A stretch of 64,000 nt of DNA from Candidatus Saccharimonadota bacterium (GTDB taxonomy: Bacteria; Patescibacteriota; Saccharimonadia; Saccharimonadales; UBA10212): assembly GCA_013815775.1 (NCBI GenBank), contig JACDFN010000002.1, forward strand, positions 717 through 64,716, in the 5' to 3' direction. The position numbers were made by a program, and so were the translations under genes. The stretch's first letter is position 1. Every line of letters begins with the position of its first letter. Below are positions 47,513 to 56,361 of this stretch, piece after piece. Below the pieces are notes generated by a model. The model saw only the letters and a list, made by a program, of their open reading frames with translations. It did not search any database and was not told the origin of the DNA.

Positions 47513-47566
47513 TTGCGTGTGGGTAACAGTGGGTAGTATATTCATGTCAGTGGGTAATCGTGGGTA
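47513..47566 (+). promoter_or_regulatory. dcw (mraZ) promoter with four phased GTGGGTA boxes, a putative MraZ operator
   Basis: TTGCGT (47513-47518) and TATATT (47537-47542) are 18 nt apart. GTGGGTA boxes lie at 47519, 47529, 47550 and 47560, giving spacings of 10, 21 and 10 nt. Confidence 0.65.
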
Positions 47567-47622
47567 GTCCAAAAAAATAGACTACTCTCCAAAACAAAAA
47601 CACCACTAGAAAAAATACGACT

Positions 47623-47979
47623 ATGGGAGATTACTTCGAACGCAAGCTTGATGAGAAACGTCGGTTAACAATTCCGGCGGATCTTAGAGAAGAGTTTGCG
47701 AGCGGGGTAGTAATAACCCAAGGTTTTAAAAATTATCTTCATCTATACCCAAAGTCCGTTTGGGACCAGTTAGTTGAGCCGGAGCTCCAAGGCAACGTTC
47801 TTGACGAGACCACGGCAGATCTTAACGTTCGGTTCAGGATGGGTAAAACGGACAGCGTTATCGATCAAAAACAAGGTCGAATTTCGCTAGAGCAGCACTT
47901 GCTGGATTTCGCTGGAATTTCCCGTGACGTCGTAGCAGTGCGAGCGGGTCGTTACTGGCGCTTGCAGCGCAGGGAATGA
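47623..47979 (+). CDS. mraZ: Transcriptional regulator MraZ (short, 118 aa)
   Basis: Two SpoVT/AbrB-like halves: LDEKRRLTIPADLREEF and IDQKQGRISLEQHLLDFAGI. First gene of the dcw cluster. Confidence 0.88.
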   Translation: MGDYFERKLDEKRRLTIPADLREEFASGVVITQGFKNYLHLYPKSVWDQLVEPELQGNVLDETTADLNVRFRMGKTDSVIDQKQGRISLEQHLLDFAGISRDVVAVRAGRYWRLQRRE

Positions 47980-48488
47980 TATAGAACTGGATAATAAATT
48001 GCACATTTACAATTTGGCAGGCAAGCAAAAAACTCCAAAAACTTTAGCCGATAAGGTAAATAAGCAGGCGCGGTACGCGAAAAAGCGGATTCGGATTTAT
48101 TCCAAAAAGCGCCATGCGAGAAAAACTCCAGGTTTTGTCTCATTACCAACTCGAGGTTAGCTATTTGGCAGTCAGCCGGTGGGTCTGGGGCACCATCGTT
48201 AACAAAACCCTTGTACTTTTTTCAATCGTAACACCTCCCAAAACTCCACCTCACAAAAAAGTCTCTCACAAGAACTTTAGGAACTCTATAGGCGAGAAGG
48301 GAATCAAAAATTTCCAACAAATCGCGCCTTTTTAATAGAGTTCCCCAAACTCTGAAATTTCTTTTCAGGGTAAACAAAAACAAAAACAACTCATAAAAAC
48401 AAAAAGCTGACTGCTAATTAGGTGACCTTGTAAAAACAAAAAAATTCACCGCCGAAGTTAAAATAACTTTGGCAAGGCAGGGAATAAT

Positions 48489-49436
48489 ATGCCAAAAAAA
48501 AATCAGACGGACACTAAAGTGTCCTCCACGAAACATATACCGGTCATGAAAGCCGAGGTCTTGGACTATATTCGTCCCAAATTAGGGCAGTCCTACCTCG
48601 ATCTGACAGCCGGATACGGCGGCCATGCAGAAGCTGTCCTAAATCTTACCAACAGCCCCAACAAGGCCGTTCTGGTAGACAGGGACGACCAAGCGGTGGC
48701 AGTTCTCAAAGATCGTTTTGCTGAGGTAGGCGCGAAGATTATCCACCAGGATTTTCTGAAAGCAACTCAGTATTTGACGAGCGAAGGAATGCACTTTGAT
48801 ATGATATTGGCTGATTTAGGCTTAAGTTCACCACACCTAGAAGAGGCAGATAGAGGTTTTTCTATCAAAAAACCAGCGGTTTTAGACATGAGAATGGACA
48901 GGCGCCAAGAGCTCACCGCTCAAGTAATTGTAAATACTTGGCCGGAGGAGAAATTGGCTACCATTATTCGGGATTACGGGCAGGAGCCCAAAGCCAGAAG
49001 AATTGCTCAAAGAATCGTTCGGAACAGACCGATAGACACAACCGATAAGCTTGCTGCCATCATAAGTCCAATTTGGCCAGGGAGAAGCAAGATCCACCCA
49101 GCCTCCCGTACCTTCCAGGCACTAAGAATTGTCGTTAACGACGAAATAGGTCAGCTGGAGCAAACCTTGCAACAACTGCCAGATCTAATGGCTCCCGGTG
49201 GACGGCTAGTCATTATTAGCTTCCATAGCCTGGAGGACCGCCTAGTAAAGAGATTTATCTCTGAGCAATCATCGGAAGGTTACGACACCCAACTCAGGGC
49301 ACTTACCAAAAAACCACTCACGCCCAGCCGCAATGAAATAGTATTTAACCCGCGTGCTCGCAGTGCAAAACTGCGCGCCGTAGTAAAAATAAAAACAAAA
49401 AAGAAAGGATTAAGCGTAAAACTCAATGTCTATTGA
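48489..49436 (+). CDS. rsmH: 16S rRNA (cytosine1402-N4)-methyltransferase RsmH
   Basis: HIPVM, YLDLTAGYGGHA, ADLGLSS, FQALRIVVNDE and ISFHSLEDR. Confidence 0.95.
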   Translation: MPKKNQTDTKVSSTKHIPVMKAEVLDYIRPKLGQSYLDLTAGYGGHAEAVLNLTNSPNKAVLVDRDDQAVAVLKDRFAEVGAKIIHQDFLKATQYLTSEGMHFDMILADLGLSSPHLEEADRGFSIKKPAVLDMRMDRRQELTAQVIVNTWPEEKLATIIRDYGQEPKARRIAQRIVRNRPIDTTDKLAAIISPIWPGRSKIHPASRTFQALRIVVNDEIGQLEQTLQQLPDLMAPGGRLVIISFHSLEDRLVKRFISEQSSEGYDTQLRALTKKPLTPSRNEIVFNPRARSAKLRAVVKIKTKKKGLSVKLNVY

Positions 49437-49513
49437 GGTACAAAACAAATCCCGCGCGTGCAAAATTCAAGTCAGAGTAGTTCACTAGTCTGATAAGGTA
49501 GGGATTACCAAAT

Positions 49514-49545
49514 GGTAGCACTAGCAAATGCGCGCTAGTGCTACC
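49514..49545 (+). other. Perfect 12-bp hairpin in the rsmH-ftsL spacer
   Basis: GGTAGCACTAGC (49514-49525) / GCTAGTGCTACC (49534-49545) with an 8-nt loop. No U tract follows on either strand. Confidence 0.6.
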
Positions 49546-49562
49546 GCCAAAAAAACAAAAAT

Positions 49563-49907
49563 ATGACATATTCAAGTTCAGTAGCAATGAGCCGTCGACA
49601 GTACGGCCGTAAAAATCGCAACGTAGTCTCTTTCACTGGTCGAGTGCAGACACTTGGCCCCGTTAGCAATACCATCATCTTAATTGCACTTGCTTGCTTA
49701 ATTGGCCTGCTTTATTTAACACAGGTTACTAAGACTAACAGTTACGGCTATACAATCAACGGTTTGCAACAACAACAAACTAAATTAAAAGATCAGAAAG
49801 CTGACCTGGAAGTATCAGCCGCCAGGCTGCAGTCCTTGGACAGAGTGGCGGCAAGCGAAACCGCTAAAAAATTAGTTTCGTCCCACCCTTCGGGCACTAT
49901 CCAGTAA
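49563..49907 (+). CDS. ftsL: FtsL/DivIC-like cell division protein
   Basis: 114 aa with one TM helix followed by a coiled coil (LQQQQTKLKDQKADLEVSAARLQSLDRV). Occupies the canonical position between rsmH and ftsI. Confidence 0.7.
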   Translation: MTYSSSVAMSRRQYGRKNRNVVSFTGRVQTLGPVSNTIILIALACLIGLLYLTQVTKTNSYGYTINGLQQQQTKLKDQKADLEVSAARLQSLDRVAASETAKKLVSSHPSGTIQ

Positions 49908-49913
49908 AATTAA

Positions 49914-51689
49914 ATGAACCCATTTACAGCTAGGGCTACTAAATCAAACCCCAGCGCCAACCAACGTGTTCGATTTTGGTATGGCGTTTTGATGTTTATT
50001 ATCATTCTATTTATTACCAGACTTTTCTATCTTCAAATCATTAGACACGACCATTACCGTCAGTTGGCGCTGCAGGGACAGCTAAAGCAATATTCCATAG
50101 AGCCGGAGCGGGGGGCAATAAAAGCTTACAGTGGCAGTCAGTTAGTGCCATTAGTGCTAAATCAAAAACTGCACACACTCTATGGAGATCCAAAGCTCAT
50201 TATAAATTCTCAAAAAACTGCAAAAACCCTAGCGGCGATTACAAAATCGGATGAAAGCGAGTATTTGAAATTATTTAAAAAAGCAGATACTCGTTACGTA
50301 ATACTTGCTAAGCGCTTAAGTGAAGAGCAGAAAAATAAAATTGATGACCTAAAACTAGCTGGAATAGGAACCCAACCCGTAAATTATCGGATATATCCTC
50401 AAGGTACACTAGCTTCGCAATTGCTGGGATTCGTAAACAACCAAGGAAAGGGCTCTTATGGAGTTGAGGAAGCTTTAAATAAGAAATTAGCTGGAACGCC
50501 CGGTATGCTTAAGGCTATAACTGATGCAAATGGTGTTCCGTTGGCAGCTAGTGAAGACAACATCCAGGTTGATCCAAAAGCAGGTGAACAAGTAGTTTTA
50601 ACCATCGATGTGCCTATGCAGAAGCAATTAGAGAGAATTTTAAAAGAAGGGTTAGATAAAGCGAAGAGCCAGTCTGGGAGTGCACTAATAATTGATCCCG
50701 ATACCGGCGCCGTTAAAGCTATGGCTAATTGGCCAACCTATGACCCGGCAGAGTTTTTTAAAGTAGAAGACGGCGATGTTTTCAACAATGCCTCCGTCAG
50801 CTCACCGTTGGAAGTTGGCTCAATTATGAAGACTCTAACTGCCAGCGCAGCACTTAATCAAGGAGTGGTGCAACCCGATACTACTTACTATGATCCTGGT
50901 AAATGGACGCTTGATGGTCATAATGTTACCAATATCGAGGAAGTGGGTGGGCCAGGCACTCATAACATAGCGGACATTTTAAACAAATCCATTAACACAG
51001 GTGCGACTTGGTTGTTGATGCAGATGGGTGGTGGTGAAATAAATCAACAAGCCAGGGACCGGTGGCACGATTATATGGTCAATCGCTATGGCTTCGGAAA
51101 TCCTACGGGTATTGAGCAAGGATACGAAGCAGGAGGCTATGTGCCGAGCCCCCGTAAGGGTTTTGGACTTTCGCTGGCTTACGCCAACACTTCCTTTGGA
51201 CAAGCTATGACAGCTACGCCCCTACAAATGGCCGCTGCTCTGTCTAGCGTTGTTAATGGGGGTGATTATTATAAGCCTCATCTGGTTGATAGAATTGTAG
51301 CGGAAGATGGTTCTATAAAAATTAACAAACCCGAGATTGTGCGGAAAAATGTAGTGTCTCCTAAGGTGGGTCGGGATATTCAGAAGTTAATGGAGTACGT
51401 AGTAGAGAAGCATACCTTTAACCCGAAATTTTCCGGCAACTATAGTATTGGAGGAAAAACTGGAACAGCGCAGATTGCCGATCCTTCGGGAGGCTATTAT
51501 CCGGATCGCTATAACGGCACTTACCTTGGGTTCGTGGGGGGCGATAAGCCAGAGTATGTAATCACAGTACGAGTTAACGATCCAAAAATAGGTGGATATG
51601 CTGGTTCAGGCGCAGCTCAACCAATTTTTGGAACCATAACCCATATGTTAATTGATAATTTTGGTGTACCAACCAAGACTAACCAATAA
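49914..51689 (+). CDS. ftsI: Class B penicillin-binding protein (FtsI-type transpeptidase)
   Basis: TM anchor, SxxK (GSIMKT), SxN (KSINTG) and KTG (GGKTGTA). Confidence 0.93.
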   Translation: MNPFTARATKSNPSANQRVRFWYGVLMFIIILFITRLFYLQIIRHDHYRQLALQGQLKQYSIEPERGAIKAYSGSQLVPLVLNQKLHTLYGDPKLIINSQKTAKTLAAITKSDESEYLKLFKKADTRYVILAKRLSEEQKNKIDDLKLAGIGTQPVNYRIYPQGTLASQLLGFVNNQGKGSYGVEEALNKKLAGTPGMLKAITDANGVPLAASEDNIQVDPKAGEQVVLTIDVPMQKQLERILKEGLDKAKSQSGSALIIDPDTGAVKAMANWPTYDPAEFFKVEDGDVFNNASVSSPLEVGSIMKTLTASAALNQGVVQPDTTYYDPGKWTLDGHNVTNIEEVGGPGTHNIADILNKSINTGATWLLMQMGGGEINQQARDRWHDYMVNRYGFGNPTGIEQGYEAGGYVPSPRKGFGLSLAYANTSFGQAMTATPLQMAAALSSVVNGGDYYKPHLVDRIVAEDGSIKINKPEIVRKNVVSPKVGRDIQKLMEYVVEKHTFNPKFSGNYSIGGKTGTAQIADPSGGYYPDRYNGTYLGFVGGDKPEYVITVRVNDPKIGGYAGSGAAQPIFGTITHMLIDNFGVPTKTNQ

Positions 51690-51728
51690 TAATTAAGTGC
51701 TATAATATTTTAGAGTAGAAAAAACAAA

Positions 51729-52769
51729 ATGAGCAGCTTACAAATAGTAATTGACGCCTCTACAATCGAGCAGGTTTTCATGCTTGGACTTCTTGGAGTT
51801 ATAACCGCCACAGCATTAACCCCGCTTTATACAACAGCAGCATTCAGAGGACGGTGGTGGAAAAGAGTAAGGTCTCATTCTTTTTCCGGAGAGACAGCCC
51901 CGGTATACCAGAAATTACATGCCGCTAAACACATGCGCAACATTCCAACGATGGCGGGCGTTATTTTTATTTTAGCTACGGCTATTGTGACGATTGCAGG
52001 GAACCTGGATAGAACTCAAACTTGGTTGCCATTGGCAGCGATGGTGGGTGCAGGATTTATTGGGCTCTTTGATGACATTATTAATATTCGAGGTATTGGA
52101 GGCACTATCGCCGGCATGCGTGCTAAAGTTAAATCTGCACTGTTATTTAGTGTGGCCCTCATAGGCGGCTGGTGGTTCTTTGTTAAGCTTGGTGTTACAG
52201 ATATTAACATACCCTTTTTCGGGGAATGGCACTTAGGTTGGTTAATTATTCCACTCTTTATTTTGGTTATTTTTTCAACGGCTAATGCCGTCAATATTAC
52301 CGATGGTTTAGATGGCTTAGCTGGCGGTCTTGCGGCAACCGCATTCGGCGCATATGCAATCATTGCTGTGATTGAAGAGAAGTATGGAATAGCGGGTTTT
52401 TGTATGACAATCACGGGTGCTCTTCTTTCTTACACCTGGTTCAATATTTACCCGGCACGGTTTTTTATGGGCGATGTAGGTTCCTTTGCTCTGGGTACGG
52501 CACTTGGGGTAGTTGCGATGTTAACGGATACAGTCTTGCTACTTCCAATAATAGGCTTAGTCTTTGTGATCGAAACCGGATCGGTTGCCCTGCAGTTTAT
52601 GAGTAAAAGACTTAGGTCAGGCAAGAAAATTTTTCATTCCACTCCCATCCATCATCACTTCGAAGCTATTGGTTGGCCAGAAACTAAAATTACAATGCGC
52701 TTCTGGGTTATTGGGCAGGTGGCTGCGTTTATGGGAGTTATTTTATTCATCCTTGGGGGACCATCGTGA
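51729..52769 (+). CDS. mraY: Phospho-N-acetylmuramoyl-pentapeptide transferase
   Basis: NAVNITDGLDGLAGG, FMGDVGS and HHHFE. Confidence 0.95.
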   Translation: MSSLQIVIDASTIEQVFMLGLLGVITATALTPLYTTAAFRGRWWKRVRSHSFSGETAPVYQKLHAAKHMRNIPTMAGVIFILATAIVTIAGNLDRTQTWLPLAAMVGAGFIGLFDDIINIRGIGGTIAGMRAKVKSALLFSVALIGGWWFFVKLGVTDINIPFFGEWHLGWLIIPLFILVIFSTANAVNITDGLDGLAGGLAATAFGAYAIIAVIEEKYGIAGFCMTITGALLSYTWFNIYPARFFMGDVGSFALGTALGVVAMLTDTVLLLPIIGLVFVIETGSVALQFMSKRLRSGKKIFHSTPIHHHFEAIGWPETKITMRFWVIGQVAAFMGVILFILGGPS

Positions 52770-54061
52770 ATGACAAACCCCGGCGCAGTTCAAATAATCT
52801 AAATCGTCGAGGAACCTCAGGTGATTATAAAATCTTAGGTGAATCAGGCCGCAAGCACAAACCCGATTATTGGATACTGATTTTAAGTGTAGTTCTGCTC
52901 AGCGTTGGCCTGGTTGTAGTTTATTCAATAAGTCCTGGCCTGGCAGCCAGCCAAAACGTTAGTCAGAACTATTTTATTACTAAACAAATTATTGATGTTG
53001 GGTTGGGACTTATGGCCTTTGCGGTGGCAGCCTTCTTACCGACAAAAATCTGGTTTAGGGCAACCATACCTTTGGTTGTAGCAGCCATTTTAGCTTCTAT
53101 TATAGTCATGTTTACTCCGGTAGATGCCGTATATCAAGCTCACCGTTGGATTCGATTCGCTGGAATCTCTTTTCAAGTTGCTGAACTCATAAAACTAGCG
53201 GTACTTATTGGATCAGCTGGTTTTCTGGCTCGTCAATGGTCCAGGGGCAGGATAGAAGACTTTAATGGCACACTAAAGCCACTTTTGGTTATGCTAATAA
53301 TTATCGCTTCTATCGTAGCTAAACTGCAAAGTGACCTCGGCTCGACTGCAGTTATAGTAATGATGTTGGGCATGATGGCATTTGTTGCAGGCATTCCCTT
53401 AAAACGGGCGTTGGTATTTGGGGCGGTGGTGCTAGCTATTGGGTTACTAGCAATATCCACCAGTAGTTACCGTCGCGAACGTTTCGCCACATATTTAAGC
53501 CCGGAGACAAATTGTCAGGACAGTGGTTATCAAGCCTGTCAGGCGCTTATATCAGTAGGTTCTGGAGGAGTGTTCGGTTTAGGGCTGGGCCATAGCGTTC
53601 AGGCTTATGGCTATTTACCGGAGGCATCCGACGATTCTATATTTGCTATCATGGCTGAAAAGTTCGGCTTTATCGGTACTGCTTCCATTGTAATTATTTA
53701 TGGAGTTTTTATAAGTCGCTTAAAAAAAGTTATAGAGCGCACCGTAGATCAGTTCAACCGACTAATAGTGGTCGGAGTGCTGGCCTGGCTTAGTACTCAA
53801 ATGGTAATTAACGTGGGTGCTATGGTCGGACTTTTACCGATCAAAGGAATAACCCTACCTTTAATCTCACAGGGCGGAACTAGCTTAGTATTTCTAACTG
53901 CTGCTCTGGGGATTGTTTTCAACATTTCGCGTTATACTAGCTACAATGTCACTGAACCCAGAAACAACAGCGCCCAAAACCTTAAAACCAGCCATAGTCT
54001 TGACGGGCGGGGGGTCCGGCGGGCATATAACGCCTCTGCTGTCTCTCGCTCTCGCCCTTAA
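52766..54061 (+). CDS. ftsW: SEDS-family peptidoglycan polymerase FtsW/RodA
   Basis: About 10 TM helices, with LPEASDDSIFA and ITLPLISQGGTS. The tail overlaps the predicted murG start by 116 nt. Confidence 0.9.
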   Translation: MNDKPRRSSNNLNRRGTSGDYKILGESGRKHKPDYWILILSVVLLSVGLVVVYSISPGLAASQNVSQNYFITKQIIDVGLGLMAFAVAAFLPTKIWFRATIPLVVAAILASIIVMFTPVDAVYQAHRWIRFAGISFQVAELIKLAVLIGSAGFLARQWSRGRIEDFNGTLKPLLVMLIIIASIVAKLQSDLGSTAVIVMMLGMMAFVAGIPLKRALVFGAVVLAIGLLAISTSSYRRERFATYLSPETNCQDSGYQACQALISVGSGGVFGLGLGHSVQAYGYLPEASDDSIFAIMAEKFGFIGTASIVIIYGVFISRLKKVIERTVDQFNRLIVVGVLAWLSTQMVINVGAMVGLLPIKGITLPLISQGGTSLVFLTAALGIVFNISRYTSYNVTEPRNNSAQNLKTSHSLDGRGVRRAYNASAVSRSRP

Positions 54062-55163
54062 AGGACTTAATCCGGCTGCAAAGGTTATATATATTGGCTT
54101 AAAAACTGAAAAGGTAAAAGGACTGGAAAGTCGCTACAGAATTTTCGATGAGGTTCATTACATACGTTCTGGTAAATTCCGTCGCTATCATGGCCAGAAT
54201 ATTCTAGTTCGTATAACTGATATTAAAACATTGGCATTGAATATTCTTGATTTTTTTAAAGTTTGGGCCGGAATATTTAGAGCTATAAAGATACTACAGC
54301 TGGTTAAACCGGACGTTGTTTTTTCGAAGGGTGGGTTCGTGGCCGTTCCAGTAGGGATTGCAGCTAAATTATTAAAAATACCAATAGTGACTCATGACTC
54401 CGATATTATACCGGGGCTTGCTAACCGCATTATCGGTCGTTGGGCTAAGGTACATGCTACGGGCATGCCTCCTGAAAATTACAATTACCCAGCAGGTACT
54501 ATGCGATATACCGGTATACCTGTGGACGAGCGTCTTGAGCCAATCACAGAAACTCTAAAAAATAATTATAAAAAACAAATCGGTATTAGCCCAGACGAAG
54601 TCCTGCTGCTTGTTGGTGGGGCAGGACTGGGTTCTCGCGATGTAAATAGCTTGGTTCTAAAAATTGCTTCTCAACTTTTAAATAAGATAAAAAAGCTCAG
54701 GATAATTCATATAACGGGTGAAGCACACAAAAAGGCTGTATCTGAAGCCTATGGGCAGTTGCTTAGTGAAGACCAAATACAAAACATAGAGGTACTGGGA
54801 TTTTCTGATGACTTTTTTAAATACACCGGTGCGGCTGACTTAATTATAAGTAGGGCAGGAGCTACTATAATCGCCGAGCTAGCTATTCAAAGAAAAGCTG
54901 CTGTATTAATTCCTGCACCATTCTTAACAGGCGGCCATCAGGTTAAAAACGCCCAACTACTCAAAAATATTAGGGCTGCAGAGATTGTTGACAATGACGT
55001 TACTCCGGACACATTACTTAACACCGTAAGCATTCTTTTAACAGACAATCAAAAGAGAAGCATGTTTGAAAACAACATTGCATCTATTTCTATGCCGAAT
55101 GCCGCTAAAAATTTAGCGGATGTTTTACTTCAACTGTCTGAGAACAATAAGGCCCAGGGTTAA
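53946..55163 (+). CDS. murG: UDP-GlcNAc:lipid I GlcNAc transferase MurG
   Basis: IVLTGGGSGGHITPLLSLA and a C-terminal GT28 domain (ISRAGATIIAELA, QVKNA). Start taken at ATG 53946. The ORF track starts at 53913. Confidence 0.88.
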   Translation: MSLNPETTAPKTLKPAIVLTGGGSGGHITPLLSLALALKGLNPAAKVIYIGLKTEKVKGLESRYRIFDEVHYIRSGKFRRYHGQNILVRITDIKTLALNILDFFKVWAGIFRAIKILQLVKPDVVFSKGGFVAVPVGIAAKLLKIPIVTHDSDIIPGLANRIIGRWAKVHATGMPPENYNYPAGTMRYTGIPVDERLEPITETLKNNYKKQIGISPDEVLLLVGGAGLGSRDVNSLVLKIASQLLNKIKKLRIIHITGEAHKKAVSEAYGQLLSEDQIQNIEVLGFSDDFFKYTGAADLIISRAGATIIAELAIQRKAAVLIPAPFLTGGHQVKNAQLLKNIRAAEIVDNDVTPDTLLNTVSILLTDNQKRSMFENNIASISMPNAAKNLADVLLQLSENNKAQG

Positions 55164-55165
55164 CA

Positions 55166-56041
55166 ATGGTTTTTGTAAGAAAAAAAACAAAGGTAAATAG
55201 GCGACGTCCAACTGCTCGACAACAATCTAAGGCACTACTCACTTATTATCGATCCGGCGACGGTCAGACTGGTCCCAGCCCTTTTAAAGATGTTGACGGC
55301 TCTTCAGGGTCGCGTAGATTTTTTTTACGTCTCATTGATTATGCAATTATATCGATAATTGTCGGGGTCTTAGTCTATAGCCTAATACTTAAGTCGGAAC
55401 CAAGCTTAATTGTAAACAATAATTTATATCGGCCGACTTCTGCTTATATGGAGGCGGCTTCTAAACAGTTAGATCAGTTTAAAAACCAAAACAAGATTAC
55501 CGTTAACGATAAACAAATTATTGATAATTTATTAACTACTTTTCCTGAGATCATAGATGCTTCTATGAGGGTGCCCTTAATTGGACAAAGTCCAATAATA
55601 CATCTTACGGCTGGATCGCCTAGTTTATTCTTAAAATCAGGTGGAGATATTTTTATAGTTAACGAGCACGGGAAAATATTAGGCAAGGCCGAAAAGTATC
55701 CTCTAATTAAGGACTTAGCAATAGTTACCGACGAAAGTGGATTTGTCGCAGAAGAAGGAAAGCAGGTGTTAAGTACACAATCGACACAATTTATTAATAC
55801 TTTGATACTGCAATTAAATAAATCAAAAGTTGTATCTCCAACATTGATTTTGCCTCCACTAGTTAACGAACTTCATGTTAAAACTGGTGACAGCAACTAC
55901 TTCACAAAATTTTATTTAAGCGGTGAACCACTGAGGCAGATAGGACAGTTTATGGCCTCCAGACAGCATTTCTTAAACTCTGCTACCTCTCCTTCTGAAT
56001 ATTTGGATGTCCGTGTTGTTGGAAAAGTATTTTTTAAGTAA
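55166..56041 (+). CDS. ftsQ: FtsQ/DivIB-like cell division protein
   Basis: Basic N-terminus, one TM helix and an extracytoplasmic domain. Occupies the canonical position after murG. Sequence conservation is weak. Confidence 0.6.
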   Translation: MVFVRKKTKVNRRRPTARQQSKALLTYYRSGDGQTGPSPFKDVDGSSGSRRFFLRLIDYAIISIIVGVLVYSLILKSEPSLIVNNNLYRPTSAYMEAASKQLDQFKNQNKITVNDKQIIDNLLTTFPEIIDASMRVPLIGQSPIIHLTAGSPSLFLKSGGDIFIVNEHGKILGKAEKYPLIKDLAIVTDESGFVAEEGKQVLSTQSTQFINTLILQLNKSKVVSPTLILPPLVNELHVKTGDSNYFTKFYLSGEPLRQIGQFMASRQHFLNSATSPSEYLDVRVVGKVFFK

Positions 56042-56144
56042 AAACATGCTCCTGCTGCATTAGACAGTGATCATTATTAATGAGAATATGGCTGAATTAT
56101 AAAATGAAATCGGTTTACGGTTTGCTGTTCTTGAGATTTATTAC

Positions 56145-56258
56145 TCACACACCACTTTTTTGTTTAAGAGTTCCTTCAGTTTCCAGTTTTTTAATTTGCC
56201 GAGAGGCAGCTTCTCTAGTTAGGCCTGCCAAATCAGCAACTTCTTGATTTCGCTCTTT
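56145..56258 (-). pseudogene. Remnant of a winged-HTH transcription regulator (C-terminal 37 codons only, no start codon)
   Basis: The minus-strand frame reads KERNQEVADLAGLTREAASRQIKKLETEGTLKQKSGV then stop. This is a typical HTH recognition segment. An in-frame TGA lies immediately upstream. Confidence 0.4.
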
Positions 56259-56361
56259 TCAAAGAGTTGACCGACACTCTTCTCGTTTAGCGTTTTATGA
56301 AAAGACACTATATAACTTCAGTATAAACTAGCACTTGATAGTCTCAAACCAACCCCCCCAC

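Noticed and set aside
48114-48335. A 73-aa plus-strand ORF and a 65-aa minus-strand ORF (47952-48149) in the mraZ-rsmH spacer.
   Set aside because: Neither has a ribosome-binding site or a -10-adjacent start. Their composition follows the A/C-rich DNA, and the minus ORF overlaps the mraZ 3' end. I treat the spacer as non-coding or of unknown function.
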